A stretch of 44,323 bases of DNA, the filler included, from Jimgerdemannia flammicorona (lineage: Eukaryota), in NCBI GenBank assembly GCA_003990765.1. It is 2 parts of 2 records of this genome, joined end to end, with 100 filler letters (N's around TTAATTAATTAA, not from the genome) between each part and the next. Parts side by side here need not be neighbours in the genome. Positions count along the whole stretch, not along the records: positions 1 to 22,118 come from RBNJ01001334.1; 1 more part is not named here. One strand, written 5' to 3'. Made by a program: the position numbers and the translations under genes. How positions within the stretch are numbered: position 1 is the first letter of the stretch; the number at the start of each line of letters is the position of its first letter. This document shows positions 11,831-22,218 of the stretch, piece after piece. The notes beneath the pieces are model-generated. The model saw only the letters and a program-made list of their open reading frames with translations, was not told the origin of the DNA and ran no database searches.

Positions 11831-13302
11831 GCTAGAACTAGAAATTTCCTAATTGGGTATTGTCTATAGCAATATACTAATTCAACTAAGCTGGTCTTAG
11901 TTTCTTAAACCTTCTGAAATAAGAACAATTCTGAAAATCTAGAACAAGTCTAAGAAAGGACTTTGGTTAAGACATTAATCTATTGGGGGGGTTGTCACAT
12001 CTCTTTAGCAGAGTGGGTGTCGATTCTGAATGTCTACTGGTTCCCAAGCTATGGTATGTGACCTATTACTTAGACTTTCTGGCCTGGGTGGTGAAGAGAC
12101 TGATGAAACTAGCTAGGGATTGGATTTGGGCAGGAAGAAGGTCCCAGATCAGTTGGGATACCCTTGTGATGTCAGTGATTAGGAGAGGACTAGGCCTGGT
12201 GGATTTCCCTAAGCAGCTATACTGTCTGTGAGCTTAGTGGTTGAAAAGGGCTATTGAACTGCAGAGAGGAGATTGGGTACTGCTGATGCAGAAGGTGTGA
12301 GAGATGAGATTCTCTCCTCAGAGGTCCTCAGGAGATTTGCTCTCTCTGGTTGGTCTAAATTAAAGCCAATGACTACAGTATAAAAGCTTCTGGTGGGGGG
12401 TGGTAGATAGAGTGCACTAGATAGGCCCATATTGGCGAGGCAATGAGAGAGAGATGGTGTGGGGCCCAGCTATGTGGCAATGGGACTGACTGCTTCTGGG
12501 GGGGGGCTCCACTTATTGATTTTGATTTTGGTGATAGTGTGGAGTATCAGTGAGGACTTGGCCAGAATCTTTGGCTGAGTAGTTGGCAGACAGTAAGGAT
12601 TGATAAGGAGTGGGATTGAGTAGGAATCTGGTCTTGGAGTACTGAGGTACAGAGGTAGCTTCCTCCCAAGTTCTGAGTAGTATGGTGGCAGATGCTGCAG
12701 AGGAATGTCATGCTGAATTTCCATGCTAGACATCTGGTAGATGGTAGCCACCTGGATTGTGAGAAGTGCTATAATATAAGACAAGCTGGAGGATTTGTGC
12801 AAATACCAGAATATTGGCTGGAAGAGTGTGAGGTTTTGGGGGATTTTTGGATAACTATAGAGGACCAGCTGGGTGTAGAGAGGAGGCTGGATAGAGAGAG
12901 AGGTCACTGGGAGGATTTGAAATCTTAATTAGTGAGAGGTGTCAGTAATGGATAGCTCACTATAGAGTGAGTTATAGCAGTGTGGATAGGGTTGGCTGGA
13001 CATTGGCTCTTTGTTTTTGAGGAAGGGCAACAGATAGATATATAGGAGAAGTTGTTAAGATGGGAGGGGTTGTCTGCTGACTGGGTGGTGGATTGGCTGG
13101 GGTCTCCAGGATGGGCAATGTTACCACCTGGTAGAAGGGATCTGTGAACAGAGTAGTGGGTAGATGGAGATGATGTTAGACAAAGTAGTCTTTTATCAAG
13201 AAGGGGTAGTTTCCTAGGAGAATCAGGTAGGGGTGGGCACTGTGTTATATATAGAGAATAGACAGGGGTTTTAATAAGGTAATAAAGGGAAGTCTAAGTG
13301 AC

Positions 13303-13375
<73 letters not shown>

Positions 13376-13509
13376 AGATATTAATCTAATCTTGAAATCA
13401 ATATAAAATTAATCTTGATCTTAAGAAAACAGTCTTCTAGAATATTCAGAACTTCTAGAAAACTCTTTCAGAACTATATAATAGTATTATAACAAAGTAC
13501 TCTCTTATA
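11830..13509. mobile_element. Probable decayed LTR, interrupted by the LINE at 11983-13373, abutting and truncating the Gypsy RT; left boundary approximate
   Basis: Gypsy RT homology stops abruptly after SFKLTN (MPFGLTN-like) at ~13510. The adjacent sequence ends CTCTTATA, consistent with a decayed ...TTACA terminus, and carries TTCTAGAA repeats. Confidence 0.45.
11983..13373 (+). mobile_element. 5'-truncated LINE subfamily A (ORF2 C-terminus, 3' UTR, poly(A))
   Basis: PKLWYV..LDF and DCEKC...EYWLEEC motifs. AATAAA at 13281, then GTGACTATA-poly(A). TSD AGACATTAATCTA (11970-11982) vs AGATATTAATCTA (13376-13388). Confidence 0.93.
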
Positions 13510-14000
13510 ATTAGTAAGTTTGAAAGATATTATATAAAATTTATAATATTTAAATCTTGTTTAGAATACTGTCTTTGAGATATCTTCCTCTTTGATATAA
13601 ATTTAATAATATTTAGATATAAGATTGATAAGTAAAAAGGTCTTGACATTATATACTTGATCAAATAGTTTATTAATTCATAGGAGTATATATTGATTCT
13701 TGACAGATATCTTATTGAGTATCTAGTAATTAATATATATATATAGACTTCTATTCTTCTTATAGATAAAGAGAATTGATATACTGTATAGTAATTTTGA
13801 TAGATATATAAAGCCTTTATTTGACAGGTCTACTAGTTATTTCTTGAGAGTTTCTAGCTTAAACTGAGTTAGTCAATAGATTCTACAGTAGGAAGAGTCT
13901 ACTTCTGAAATAGTTTTAATGTTATATTCTATTGCTCAGATCAGTGATAGTTCTTGGAGTTCATGAAAGATATCTTCATAGTTCTTAAATAGTTCTTAGA
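13510..14000 (-). pseudogene. Gypsy reverse transcriptase N-terminal half
   Basis: Reads ILFIYKKNRSLYIYINY*ILNK...L*INKLFDQ...INLISKYY*IYIKEEDISKTVF*TRFKYYKFYIISFKLTN, a transition-decayed form of the canonical LPRIDELFDQ...IDLxSGYHQIRIxEEDIxKTAFRTxxGHYEFxVMPFGLTN. Confidence 0.88.
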
Positions 14001-14329
14001 AGCTTTCTTCTTTTTTATCTTTATTCTTCAATAGTTTGGAAAGGTTATCATTATTATCATCTTCTACTGAGAGCTTCTTAATAGTATATATAGATATACT
14101 GCTCTAGTTTTCAAATTAGCTTCTTTATTTAAATAGTAGTAATAATATCATACTTGGGTTTTGCTTTTTTCTTAGTCTGTTTAGTTGTAGCTTGATGTAT
14201 TTTAGAAGGATTATATTAGTTCACTAGTCAATATGTGGATTTTTTTAAATAAGCTAGAATTTTTTAAGAATGAGATTATATTCTGGAAGATATATAATGT
14301 AAAAAATCTACTTTGTAGTATAGTCTCCT

Positions 14330-14510
14330 AGTTATAGGAGTGTATTCTTACAGATTTTAGAAAGTTCTGAGTTATCTATTTCTAAATATAGTAATGTTTT
14401 CTTTTAGATTTCTTTGTATCTTAAGTCTGAACTTATTGGCAGTCTTTTTATTAAGATAGCACTTGCTTGCTCTACTATTAATAAGGACTTCAATAGAGTT
14501 TTCTTCAATT
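14330..14510 (-). pseudogene. Retroviral-type aspartic protease remnant
   Basis: IEVLINSRASKCYL at ~14494-14455 corresponds to VLIDSGAS after two G>A changes. Confidence 0.75.
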
Positions 14511-14839
14511 TTCTCTTATAGGTAGATATATTTAGAATTATCTTCTTACCAGATAATGATTATTTCTAGAGAGACCTTTTTTTCCCAATCTTGTACATCT
14601 CTATCTTTATTATTAATATTCTTGATTTCTTTATTTTATTATTCTGAGATAGTTTCTTGAATTTAAGAATATATATAATATATTCTTCTATATATTCAAA
14701 ATAATATATCTTGATTCCATAAAGATATTATTCTACTGAAATATATCTCTTAGTAATATACTAGTACTATTTCTGGTCTCAGTTTTGAGATTCTTCAATA
14801 TAACTAATCTTCTATATCTTGGCCTTCTCTTTGACCTTG

Positions 14840-15180
14840 TCAGAGTGCTTCTCTATTGATTTAAAAGCTTTTTCTCTTCTATTAGAGAGTAGTAGTTTAT
14901 TTATTTCTTTAACTTTGAGATTATTATATATATATTCTCAATAATGACTTAGATAATTTATTTTCCAAATATGATTTTGACTATCTTCTGTCCAGTATTA
15001 TATAGCAGAACCTTGATTTTGCCTTTGAATTCTTGGTCTATAACTCCTTTAGCTATATGAAGTCTTTCTTCTTTAGCCAGACTACTTCTTTCTATAAAAT
15101 AGATATAGGTTTCTTTGAAGACTTCTATTCCAACAACTGTGCTAATAGTCACTTGTTTGTCTGGTTTAATGGTTATTTAT
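14840..15180 (-). pseudogene. Trimeric dUTPase domain remnant
   Basis: RSSLAK (motif 2), GVIDQEFKGKIKVLLYN (motif 3) and RREKAFKSI (decayed RGxxxFGST, motif 5, ~14880-14855). Confidence 0.85.
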
Positions 15181-15329
15181 ATACTTAAGTAGAGGTTGTA
15201 GTCAGTATTAGCTTTATATACTTTGTCTGGGATTTTGTAATAATATAAAATCTCTTAACCTTGATTTTTTCAGAGATTTCTTTAGGCTCATCTCCTATTA
15301 TAGTAATAGTATATGAGAAGAATGGTACT

Positions 15330-16965
15330 TTATTTATATTGGTCTTCTTGTTAGAGTATTTATAAGATATATATACTCTTTTTTTATAGTGGAAACATAC
15401 TCCTTTCTTTATAAGTTTCTCTATTTCCTTATTGGACAATTTCTTATATCTTTCTTGTAATTTTGGAGAGTTATTTCAAGGTTTATATTTATTCTTAAAT
15501 TGATATTACTTGTTTTCTTTATTGTTATTTCTGTTGTCTCTTGGTCTTTAAGCTACTAAAATAGTGTATACTCTGGTAATGACCTATTTTAAGCACTATT
15601 ACTTATATAGGCAATTATAGGATCATTCTTACTCTTAGATCTTTTCTGATAACTATCTAGAGATAGTATTGAAGAAGTATACTGCTCTGGTTCTATTTAC
15701 AGTTTGTTCTCATTAGCTATATTCTGATTTTATAGTATTCAGAAGAGTTTCTAATCTTGTTGCAAATACTTTTAGATCTTCTTTTCTATTATTATAGAAT
15801 TAGAGATTCTTAAGCTTAGTTCTAGCTTTAGTGATATAGACAGAGCTATAGAACTATTTGATAATTAGCTTCTTTAGGCCCATATATAGTAGCTAGATAA
15901 ACTTCATAATTAGAGTGATTATCATCTCTTTTACTTGTATTAATTTCAGTAAGAGTTTTTCAGGTGAGAGAATGTATAGAGAGATTTTATATACTACTAT
16001 TGAGTATCTGTACTTATAAAATAAGTGGTGACTTTTTCTACTTATAAGTCTGCAGTTGTATAGAGATCTTCAATCTTATAGTATTCATTATTGTTGAGAG
16101 TACTGTCTGAGTTCCAATTGTCATTCTATCTATTGGTATAATAATTGGTATCAACTTGTCCTATAAATATTATTACCTAGTTTACTTTACCTTCAAATAG
16201 TATAAGTCAGAGGCCTTTTATAGGTTTATTTATTTTGATGCTAAAATAGAAGACTTAGATAAGCTTGATCACTACTATTCTTATCACTTATATAGTAGAA
16301 TGATAGTAGTCTTCTTTCAGATACTATTATCTCAGAAGTAGTATGATATATAGTTATTTCTTTTATAATATTACTAAGATAGGTAAAATTAGTTTTGATA
16401 GAGTTATTACTAGATCTTCTGTAGTGATTTTGATAGACTTAATATTCTTGGTAGTAGAGCTATTAGTATTAGGTTTGAGTATTTTTTCTAAATTAAGATT
16501 ATATAATAAAGGCTTTACTGAGTCTAATAGTTTGAAATCCTTACTTTTGAATTATTTTTACTTATATATAGAGAACTTAGTAATAGAGATAAAATTTCCT
16601 TTAGTTGGTATAATATTCTTTATGGTTTAAAAAGATATTGACTTTATAGTAGTAATTTTTAGAGAAAATATTTACTTATAGCTTTGATAGATTCTCTTAT
16701 ATATTTCTTATAGAAGTAGTTACTAATAAATCTTTTTCTAACTTCTTAAGTGTAGGTGACTTCTTTATTAAGTATGATAAATTGTTAAATACTTCTGAAA
16801 TAGTTTCATTATTAAGTCTGTCAAATTTCTCTTAACTGATATAGATCTCAGTCTACTCAATAATGATTCTATTGACTTTTTTAGCTTAGTTCTAAGAAGT
16901 AGCCAGAGTGAAGATATTTTTTAATTATTACTAATAATATTAGTAATATTGACTGAGTTGTCTAT
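15330..16965 (-). pseudogene. Gypsy gag remnant with decayed CCHC zinc knuckle
   Basis: GVCFHYKKRVYISYKYSNK corresponds to CxxCxxxxHxxxxC with TGT/CAT>TAT changes (~15400-15350). FEGKVN*VIIFI gag-like motif at ~16190. Confidence 0.7.
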
Positions 16966-17017
16966 ATTTGTGGTAGGTTTTTTTTTTTAGAAAAGTTCAC
17001 TTATAGATAGAAGTAAC

Positions 17018-17031
17018 TTCTACTGCTACTA
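17018..17031 (-). promoter_or_regulatory. Primer-binding site, initiator-Met tRNA-like
   Basis: TAGTAGCAGTAGAA, consistent with a decayed TGGTAGCAG..., lies 3 nt inside the LTR end. Confidence 0.6.
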
Positions 17032-17034
17032 AAT

Positions 17035-18671
17035 TATAATAAAACTATATACTGATAGAATTAATATATTACAGATAATCAAAATAACTATTAGTTCTAA
17101 GTTTAGAGTTCTTGTGAGAAAGTATTAAGTTTTAATTATCTGATATAGTAGTGTAGTTTAAATATTACTTTTAGACTCTTATACTAGTAAAGGTGATATA
17201 CTTGTATCTCAAGTTGATCAGGCTTAGAATTATTAATAAGTTAGATCTGAGAGTTCTTTGATAAGAATACATATTACTTTATTTTTATATTTAGAGAAAG
17301 TAGTACTAAGATTATAATATATTCAGTATAGAGAATATTTATATACATGTCCCTTTCTCCACTACCTTACCAGTCACAAGGTTTGGTAGGCGACCTTCCG
17401 AGTCCCCTTTCCCCTAATATTACCCCCTCTACCTCGGGTTGATTTGCTATACCTGCAGGGGCATAGTGGGAGGAGGGCAATGGTGATGAGTTGCCCCTTT
17501 ATCAGTGTCAGATCGGTGCTTCCTCCACTTTTTCGCGGATTCTGGTGCCTTCAGCTGCATCTGGGGTGTACCCGTTTTGGTGCGGCACCTTCTTCCTTTT
17601 GCCGTTGCCAACAAGGAGTTGTCTTGGTATGTCTCGGGCTACGTAGGGAGTCGGCCGACCTTGGGCATCAAGTGCTCAGTGTAGGTTACCTGTAGGTCTT
17701 CGGTGCCTGTAGTGGGGCCCTCTGGCTTTGGCGAGCTTCCCGGCGAGCGTGGTTCTGGCATAGGTGACTGCTTTTTGGGTGTTGTCAGGATGGGAGGAGA
17801 GATGGCTGTCACAGATAGGCGGAAGGGCAATTACGGTAAACCAGTAGGGTGCCAGGCTGGGGGTGGTCATTGGGGCTGGGGCAGGTGCTGCTTCGGTGGG
17901 GCCTTTTGATTGGTGCAGCGTGGTTAGGTGGTAGGTATCACTCTCGGCTTCTTTTGGCAGGTAGCGGGGTGAGGCCCCAGTTGTCAGGGGGGGTCGGGGG
18001 GCCCGAGGCTACCCATTTCAGGCGTCTTGGCTGCACTCAACTGGAACCAGGAGCTGACACGGCAATGTGATCGAGGCCTGCAGGCTTGAGTAGTGAGGTA
18101 TTGGGGGTTTCCTCCTGCCTCACATGTAAGTCCTTTACTCACCTCGACTGGGAGAACCAGGCCCTACCCACCATGTTGTGCTTTGATGAGGGTTTTTCTT
18201 TGCCTGTCATTCTCTTTGGGGTGGCAGGGGCTATTCTATTCGGCTCAGGCATGGCCTTGTACATACGTTGGGTTCTCGGGTGTGTGCTTTCAGTTGTTAG
18301 CATATGGCTGGGTTTCCCCTGGTGGTAGGGAGAGCATGGTGTGCAGAACGAGGTGCAGGCTTATTTGCCCTGCTGCACCTGGCATGGTCGAGCTGTTGGA
18401 CAATAGCTAGCCTAGGTTAATGGGGGGGCAGTGCTTGATGGGTGGTGGGGGAGAGTTTTGGCCTATACAGTCTAGGTTCCCTTCCAATAAAATTCCATGG
18501 GACATAGAGTCCGTTAAACAAAAAAAAAAAAAAAAAAGAGAATATTTATATAGATTTGAAGCTATAACTAAATATAGTACATTAGATATATTTATATATA
18601 GTTATACTATATATAGTATTTATAACTACTCATTAAAAACAGCTCCTTTCTCTACTATCTTATCAGTTATA
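17035..18671 (-). repeat. 5' LTR of the Gypsy element (~430 bp after removing the 17346-18552 insertion)
   Basis: Termini TATAA...TTATA (decayed TGTAA...TTACA). Minus-strand TATATAAATA at ~17345-17336 and AATAAA at ~17283-17278. Adjacent to the PBS. Confidence 0.7.
17346..18536 (+). mobile_element. ~1.2-kb non-coding poly(A) retroposon, copy 2 (youngest, CpGs retained)
   Basis: 16-bp TSD AGAGAATATTTATATA at 17330-17345 and 18537-18552. AATAAA at 18486 and poly(A) tail. No ORF longer than 105 aa in the ORF track. Confidence 0.93.
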
Positions 18672-18682
18672 AGATTTGATTG

Positions 18683-19701
18683 ATGATCTTCCAAGTCTTC
18701 TTTCTCTTATTATTATTCCCTCTATCTTGGATTGGTTTGCTATACCTGTAGAGATATAGTGAGAGGAGGGCAATGGTGATGAGTTGCCCTTTTATCAGTA
18801 TTGGATCAGTGTCTTCTCTACTTTTTCATAGATTCTAGTGCCTTTAGCTATATTTGGGGTATACTTGTTTTAGTATAGCACCTTCTTTCTTTTGCTATCA
18901 CCAATAAGGTATTATCTCAGAGCATTATAGATTATATAGGAAGTTGGCTGACCTTGGGTATCAAGTATCCAGTATAGATTACTGCAGGTCTTGGTATCTG
19001 TGGTGGGGCCCTCTGGCTTTGGCAAGCTTTCCAGCAAGTGTAGTTCTAGTATAGATAACTGTTTTTTAGATGTGGTTGGGATGGAAGGAGAGATGACTGT
19101 CACAGATAGGAGGAAGTATAATTATGATAAACCAGTAGGATACCAGGCTGGGGGTGATCATTGGGGCTGGGGCAGATACTGCTTTAGTGGGGCCTTTTGA
19201 TTGATACAGAGTAGTTAGATAGTAGATATCACTTTTGGTAATATGTAGAATTGAGCCTCAGTCATTGGGGGGGTTGGAGGGCCTGAGGCTACCCATTTCA
19301 GACATCTTGGCTGTACTTAACTAGAACTGAGAGCTGATATAGTAATGTGATTAAGATCTATAGACTTGAGTAGTGGGATATTGGAGGTTTCCTCCTGTCT
19401 TATATATAAGTTCTTTACTCATCTCTTCTGTGAGAACCAGGCCCTATCCACTATAATATACTTTGATAAGAGTTTTTCTTTACCTGTTATTCTCTTTAGG
19501 GTGATAGAGGCTATTCTATTTGGCTCAGATATAGCTTTATACATATGTTGAGATTTCAGACATATACTTTCAGTCATTAGCATATGGCTGAGTTTCCCCT
19601 GGTAGTAGGGAGAGCATGGTATACAGAATGAGGTACAGGCCACTATAGGCCCTACTATCCTGATATGGTTGAGCTACTAGTCTAGGTTAATAAGAGAGTA
19701 G
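18683..19701 (+). mobile_element. ~1.2-kb retroposon, copy 3 (lacks ~45 nt at the 5' end; 3' end replaced by LINE sequence)
   Basis: Colinear with ~17390-18432; switches to LINE ORF2 at ~19702. Confidence 0.88.
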
Positions 19702-22118
19702 TTGGTACATGGTATGCAGCAGATCCTGGGAGTATTGAAGGAGAATTGGTGGGGTCTGTGGAGTGAGAAAGAAGGGGGAGCTGATGCAGAGGTGATTGGT
19801 GACACACTGGAGGAGTGGGAGCCACTGCAGGTAGAGAGGCTGGGTGACTTGATCTTACCAGTCCAGGAGGAGGAGATACAAGGAGTCCTGGTAGTGACTA
19901 AACTTGGGACAGTGCCAGGGGAGGATGGGTTACCATGGGACTTCTGGAAGAAGATGGTGAAAATCCCTGGGATGCTGGGAGAGATGGCAGCCCTTTGTGA
20001 CTATGTCCTCCTTAATGGCATATGGGTTGGAGAGCAGGACTTAGGGCTGGTGGCCCTATTGTACAAAGATAAGAGCCGGCATGAGGATTAGAAGAACTGG
20101 AGGCCAATCATACTTCTGGATATGGATCAGAAGTTGGTGACTAAGGTAATTGTTGTGAGGCTACAGAGGATTACTCAACAGGTGCTGGGGGAGGAGCAGC
20201 AGGGCTTTGTAGGAGGTAGACTTATCAGAGATGGAACTGCCTGAGTGCATGGCATCATTGAAGGAGCCCGGGCCTGCAGACTGGATGGTAGGCTGGTTTT
20301 TTTGGACCAGGAGAAGGCCTACAACCATGTTCAGTGGGTTTGGCTGGGCAAGATACTGGACAGAATTGGCATTCTGCCACAGTTTCAGGCCTCTATGTTG
20401 AGTTTGTTGGAAGGGAGTAGAGCGGTGCTGATGTGTAATGGTCACAGGGGTTTGGTATTCCCCTTGGGGAGAGGAGTCCCTCAAGGGGACCTGCTGTCAC
20501 CTATCCTCTATATACTCTCCTTGGAACCTTTGATGGACAGGATCCGTAAGAGGGTAACTGAGCTCTCTGTGTATGATGTGGAGTAGAAGGTGGGGGCCTT
20601 TGCAGATGATATGGTAGTTGACTTGGATCAGTAGCAGATGTAGAGGCTCTTCAGGAAACAGTGGAGTGGTATGAGGCACACTCTGGAGCAAAGCTCAACT
20701 GGCATAAGTGTGAGACGATGGTGCTGGGGAATGGGCTAGTGGGAGGAGATGTCATTGGAACAATTGTCCCCACAGGAGAGGTGGTGAGGTATCTAGGTAT
20801 CTTTCTCTCTATATATGGATCAGTCCTACCACAGATATGGTGGGAGAGGAGGGTGGATATTTGGGGGGAGGCTCTAAAGGGTTGGGGGGGTTGTCACATC
20901 TCCCTGGCGGGGTGGGTGGTGATTCTGAATGTATACTGATTCCCCAAGTTGTGGTATGTGGTATATCACTTAGACTTTCCTGCTTGGGTAGTGAAGAGGC
21001 TGATGAAACTGGCTAGGGATTGGATTTGGGCAGGTAGAAGGGCCCAGATCAGTTGGGATACCCTTGTCAAGCCAGTGATTAGGGGAGGCCTGGACCTTGT
21101 GGATTTCCCTAAGCGCCTACACTGCCTGTGAGCTTGGTGGTTGAGAAGGGCTGTTGATCTGCAGGGTGGAGGTTGGGTACCATTGATGAAGAAGGTGTGG
21201 GAGATGAGAGTCTCCCCCTGGGAGTCCTCAGGGAATCTACTCTCTTTGGTGGGTCTGAATGGAAGCTGACGGTTACAGTATAAGGGCTTCTGATAGAGAG
21301 TGGTCGATGGGGTACACCAGATAGGCTTGTGCTGATGTGGCAATGAGGGAGAGGTGGTATGGGGTCCAGCTCTGTGGAGATGGGACTGTCTGCTTCTAGG
21401 AGGAGTTCCACTTGCTGAGTTTGATATTGGAGATGGCATGGAGTGTCAGCAGCAATTTGGCCAGGATCTTTGGCCAAGTAGTTGGCAGGTGGTGAGGATT
21501 GGTGAGGAGTGGGACTGGGCAGGGATCTGGTCTTGGAGTACAGAGGTGCAGTGGTGGCTTCCTCCCAAGTTCTGGGTAGTGTGGTAGTGAATGTTGCAGA
21601 GGAATGTTATGTTGAACTTCCATGCTGGGCATCTGGTGGATGGTGGTCAGCTGGATTGTGAGAAGTGCTATAATGTTGGGCAAGTTGGAGAATTTGTACA
21701 AATGCTGAAACATTGGCTGGGGGAGTGTGAGGTGCTGGGGGACTTTTGGATAGCTGTAGGGGACTGGCTAGGGATTGAAAGGAGACCAGATAGAGAGCAA
21801 GGTCACTGGGAAGATCTGGAATCTAAGCTTGTGAGAGGTGTCAGCAATAGGTGGCTTACTGTAGGGTGGGTTGTAGCAGTGTGGGTGGGGTTGGCTGGAC
21901 ATTGGCTCTTTGTTTTTGAGGAGGGGTAGTAGGTAGGGATACAAGAGAAGTTATTGAGATGGGAGGAGTTGGTGGCAGATCTGCTGATGGGGTGGTGGGT
22001 TGGATGGGGACCACAAGGTGGACAATGTCACCATCTGGTAGAAGGGATCTGTGAACAGAGTGGTGGGTAGGTGGAGATGGTGTTTGATAAAGTAGTCTTT
22101 CGTCGAGAAGGGATAGGG
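19702..22118 (+). mobile_element. 5'-truncated LINE subfamily A (RT and C-terminal domain), ends at the assembly gap
   Basis: PGEDGLPWDFWK, LDQEKAYNHV, GVPQGDLLSP, AFADDM and DCEKC motifs with many stops. Confidence 0.94.
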
Positions 22119-22218
22119 NNNNNNNNNNNNNNNNNNNNNNNNNNNNNNNNNNNNNNNNNNNNTTAATTAATTAANNNNNNNNNNNNNNNNNNNNNNNNNN
22201 NNNNNNNNNNNNNNNNNN
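22119..22218. other. Artificial contig linker / assembly gap
   Basis: Exactly 44 N, TTAATTAATTAA (22163-22174, stop codons in all six frames), then 44 N. Confidence 0.97.

Larger units (their letters stand above)
13510..18671 (-). mobile_element. Decayed Ty3/Gypsy LTR retrotransposon, 5' half (LTR-PBS-gag-dUTPase-protease-RT N-terminus)
   Basis: Domains occur in this order (see sub-features); heavy G>A/C>T decay. Confidence 0.88.

Noticed and set aside
17480..18200. Hammerhead ribozyme or C/D snoRNA in the retroposon (TGATGAG at ~17484 and ~18184)
   Set aside because: No CTGATGA...GAAA core with flanking stems and no convincing box D or terminal stem were found.
17444..18410. Short ORFs recurring in the three retroposon copies (e.g. 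MPVVGPSGFG...)
   Set aside because: Recurrence follows from DNA homology. Most start at GTG/TTG in a eukaryotic context, and I see no sign of codon-level constraint.
22163..22174. TTAATTAATTAA palindrome as a biological site
   Set aside because: It is centred in a symmetrical N pad and is a six-frame-stop linker.
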